A stretch of DNA of 64,000 bases from Paramoeba atlantica. Lineage: Eukaryota > Protista > Discosea. Positions within the stretch are counted from its first letter, which is position 1. Every line of letters starts with the position of its first letter. The notes under the pieces are model-generated. The model worked only from the letters and a program-made list of their open reading frames with translations. It had not been told where the DNA came from and did no database searches. A program made the position numbers and the translations under genes. Below are positions 59,804 through 64,000 of the stretch, piece after piece. The DNA is taken from positions 62,001-126,000 of the forward strand of contig CDRNVI010000149.1 of assembly GCA_977017575.1 (NCBI GenBank), given 5' to 3'.

Positions 59804-62800
59804 GATTATTTTCCAATCACTTTTTTCAATGTATAAATCAATATTTGTATTATTTTCATTTTTTCTCAATTATTATTTAGTTTTTGATGTTTAAAATTTA
59901 GTTACCAGACAAGTTACAAATAAAATTGTATTTTTTACACAATTTTACAATCTATTTGACTTATTTACAAAAAAAAAAACATATTTCCCTTTGTTTTTGA
60001 TTATTTCCCAATCACTTTTTCAATGTCTATTTGTATTATTTTCATTTTTAGAAAATTGTTATTCAATTTTTGATATTTAAAAGTTCATTTTCAGACAAGT
60101 TACAAATAAAATTGTATTTTTTACACAATTTTACAATCTATTTGATTTATTTACAAAAAAAAAAACATATTTCCCTTTGTTTTTGATTATTTTCCAATCA
60201 CTTTTTTCAATGTATAAATCAATATTTGTATTATTTTCATTTTTTCTCAATTATTATTTAGTTTTTGATGTTTAAAATTTAGTTACCAGACAAGTTACAA
60301 ATAAAATTGTATTTTTTACACAATTTTACAATCTATTTGACTTATTTACAAAAAAAAAAACATATTTCCCTTTGTTTTTGATTATTTCCCAATCACTTTT
60401 TCAATGTCTATTTGTATTATTTTCATTTTTAGAAAATTGTTATTCAATTTTTGATATTTAAAAGTTCATTTTCAGACAAGTTACAAATAAAATTGTATTT
60501 TTTACACAATTTTACAATCTATTTGATTTATTTACAAAAAAAAAAACATATTTCCCTTTGTTTTTGATTATTTTCCAATCACTTTTTTCAATGTATAAAT
60601 CAATATTTGTATTATTTTCATTTTTTCTCAATTATTATTTAGTTTTTGATGTTTAAAATTTAGTTACCAGACAAGTTACAAATAAAATTGTATTTTTTAC
60701 ACAATTTTACAATCTATTTGACTTATTTACAAAAAAAAAAACATATTTCCCTTTGTTTTTGATTATTTCCCAATCACTTTTTCAATGTCTATTTGTATTA
60801 TTTTCATTTTTAGAAAATTGTTATTCAATTTTTGATATTTAAAAGTTCATTTTCAGACAAGTTACAAATAAAATTGTATTTTTTACACAATTTTACAATC
60901 TATTTGATTTATTTACAAAAAAAAAAACATATTTCCCTTTGTTTTTGATTATTTTCCAATCACTTTTTTCAATGTATAAATCAATATTTGTATTATTTTC
61001 ATTTTTTCTCAATTATTATTTAGTTTTTGATGTTTAAAATTTAGTTACCAGACAAGTTACAAATAAAATTGTATTTTTTACACAATTTTACAATCTATTT
61101 GACTTATTTACAAAAAAAAAAACATATTTCCCTTTGTTTTTGATTATTTCCCAATCACTTTTTCAATGTCTATTTGTATTATTTTCATTTTTAGAAAATT
61201 GTTATTCAATTTTTGATATTTAAAAGTTCATTTTCAGACAAGTTACAAATAAAATTGTATTTTTTACACAATTTTACAATCTATTTGATTTATTTACAAA
61301 AAAAAAAACATATTTCCCTTTGTTTTTGATTATTTTCCAATCACTTTTTTCAATGTATAAATCAATATTTGTATTATTTTCATTTTTTCTCAATTATTAT
61401 TTAGTTTTTGATGTTTAAAATTTAGTTACCAGACAAGTTACAAATAAAATTGTATTTTTTACACAATTTTACAATCTATTTGACTTATTTACAAAAAAAA
61501 AAACATATTTCCCTTTGTTTTTGATTATTTCCCAATCACTTTTTCAATGTCTATTTGTATTATTTTCATTTTTAGAAAATTGTTATTCAATTTTTGATAT
61601 TTAAAAGTTCATTTTCAGACAAGTTACAAATAAAATTGTATTTTTTACACAATTTTACAATCTATTTGATTTATTTACAAAAAAAAAAACATATTTCCCT
61701 TTGTTTTTGATTATTTTCCAATCACTTTTTTCAATGTATAAATCAATATTTGTATTATTTTCATTTTTTCTCAATTATTATTTAGTTTTTGATGTTTAAA
61801 ATTTAGTTACCAGACAAGTTACAAATAAAATTGTATTTTTTACACAATTTTACAATCTATTTGACTTATTTACAAAAAAAAAAACATATTTCCCTTTGTT
61901 TTTGATTATTTCCCAATCACTTTTTCAATGTCTATTTGTATTATTTTCATTTTTAGAAAATTGTTATTCAATTTTTGATATTTAAAAGTTCATTTTCAGA
62001 CAAGTTACAAATAAAATTGTATTTTTTACACAATTTTACAATCTATTTGATTTATTTACAAAAAAAAAAACATATTTCCCTTTGTTTTTGATTATTTTCC
62101 AATCACTTTTTTCAATGTATAAATCAATATTTGTATTATTTTCATTTTTTCTCAATTATTATTTAGTTTTTGATGTTTAAAATTTAGTTACCAGACAAGT
62201 TACAAATAAAATTGTATTTTTTACACAATTTTACAATCTATTTGACTTATTTACAAAAAAAAAAACATATTTCCCTTTGTTTTTGATTATTTCCCAATCA
62301 CTTTTTCAATGTCTATTTGTATTATTTTCATTTTTAGAAAATTGTTATTCAATTTTTGATATTTAAAAGTTCATTTTCAGACAAGTTACAAATAAAATTG
62401 TATTTTTTACACAATTTTACAATCTATTTGATTTATTTACAAAAAAAAAAACATATTTCCCTTTGTTTTTGATTATTTTCCAATCACTTTTTTCAATGTA
62501 TAAATCAATATTTGTATTATTTTCATTTTTTCTCAATTATTATTTAGTTTTTGATGTTTAAAATTTAGTTACCAGACAAGTTACAAATAAAATTGTATTT
62601 TTTACACAATTTTACAATCTATTTGACTTATTTACAAAAAAAAAAACATATTTCCCTTTGTTTTTGATTATTTCCCAATCACTTTTTCAATGTCTATTTG
62701 TATTATTTTCATTTTTAGAAAATTGTTATTCAATTTTTGATATTTAAAAGTTCATTTTCAGACAAGTTACAAATAAAATTGTATTTTTTACACAATTTTA

Positions 62801-64000
62801 CAATCTATTTGATTTATTTACAAAAAAAAAAACATATTTCCCTTTGTTTTTGATTATTTTCCAATCACTTTTTTCAATGTATAAATCAATATTTGTATTA
62901 TTTTCATTTTTTCTCAATTATTATTTAGTTTTTGATGTTTAAAATTTAGTTACCAGACAAGTTACAAATAAAATTGTATTTTTTACACAATTTTACAATC
63001 TATTTGACTTATTTACAAAAAAAAAAACATATTTCCCTTTGTTTTTGATTATTTCCCAATCACTTTTTCAATGTCTATTTGTATTATTTTCATTTTTAGA
63101 AAATTGTTATTCAATTTTTGATATTTAAAAGTTCATTTTCAGACAAGTTACAAATAAAATTGTATTTTTTACACAATTTTACAATCTATTTGATTTATTT
63201 ACAAAAAAAAAAACATATTTCCCTTTGTTTTTGATTATTTTCCAATCACTTTTTTCAATGTATAAATCAATATTTGTATTATTTTCATTTTTTCTCAATT
63301 ATTATTTAGTTTTTGATGTTTAAAATTTAGTTACCAGACAAGTTACAAATAAAATTGTATTTTTTACACAATTTTACAATCTATTTGACTTATTTACAAA
63401 AAAAAAAACATATTTCCCTTTGTTTTTGATTATTTCCCAATCACTTTTTCAATGTCTATTTGTATTATTTTCATTTTTAGAAAATTGTTATTCAATTTTT
63501 GATATTTAAAAGTTCATTTTCAGACAAGTTACAAATAAAATTGTATTTTTTACACAATTTTACAATCTATTTGATTTATTTACAAAAAAAAAAACATATT
63601 TCCCTTTGTTTTTGATTATTTTCCAATCACTTTTTTCAATGTATAAATCAATATTTGTATTATTTTCATTTTTTCTCAATTATTATTTAGTTTTTGATGT
63701 TTAAAATTTAGTTACCAGACAAGTTACAAATAAAATTGTATTTTTTACACAATTTTACAATCTATTTGACTTATTTACAAAAAAAAAAACATATTTCCCT
63801 TTGTTTTTGATTATTTCCCAATCACTTTTTCAATGTCTATTTGTATTATTTTCATTTTTAGAAAATTGTTATTCAATTTTTGATATTTAAAAGTTCATTT
63901 TCAGACAAGTTACAAATAAAATTGTATTTTTTACACAATTTTACAATCTATTTGATTTATTTACAAAAAAAAAAACATATTTCCCTTTGTTTTTGATTAT
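59804..64000. repeat. AT-rich satellite, 381-bp unit made of 195 + 186 bp related subunits, 11 copies, runs off the window
   Basis: The GATTATTTTCCAATC anchor recurs at 59804, 60185, 60566 and so on, and the period reaches 63995 exactly (11 x 381); the related subunit anchor is at 59999. Confidence 0.95.

Noticed and set aside
59804-64000. CRISPR-like array
   Set aside because: Units are fully repeated with no unique spacers; no cas genes; eukaryotic context.

Overview
Eukaryotic, intron-rich (GT-AG, T/C-rich introns), repeat-dense DNA; the sequence style suggests an amoebozoan-type protist (inference only). Apparently intact host genes: two paralogous multi-exon protein kinases with DFE in place of DFG (6279-8284, 19092-21161), two small multi-exon genes of unknown function (8595-9497, 24479-25910), two intronless PB1 plus coiled-coil genes (42241-43209, 54171-55133) and one 5S rRNA gene (43815-43934, minus). 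Decayed host-type genes: two copies of an LRR gene with one repeat per 72-nt exon, PD-(D/E)xK (Crinkler-REase-like) nuclease relics and a possible beta-propeller gene split by a LINE. Mobile DNA dominates: three Crypton-like tyrosine-recombinase (YR) relics, a Ty3/gypsy element, a solo-LTR family with 4-bp TSDs, a CxxH-type DDE transposase, an L1/Tx1-like LINE with TSD, poly(A) and a C-terminal archaeal-type RNase H, DIRS-like RT+YR relics and a gag-only element between direct repeats. About 32.5-43.2 kb is tandemly duplicated at 45.2-55.1 kb. The window ends in a 381-bp dimeric AT-rich satellite. TE stop codons are mostly TGA, some at expected Arg positions, consistent with CpG methylation decay. 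Most long F-rich or K-rich ORFs in the supplied track are low-complexity artefacts. All assignments come from manual translation and motif recognition; no searches were run.
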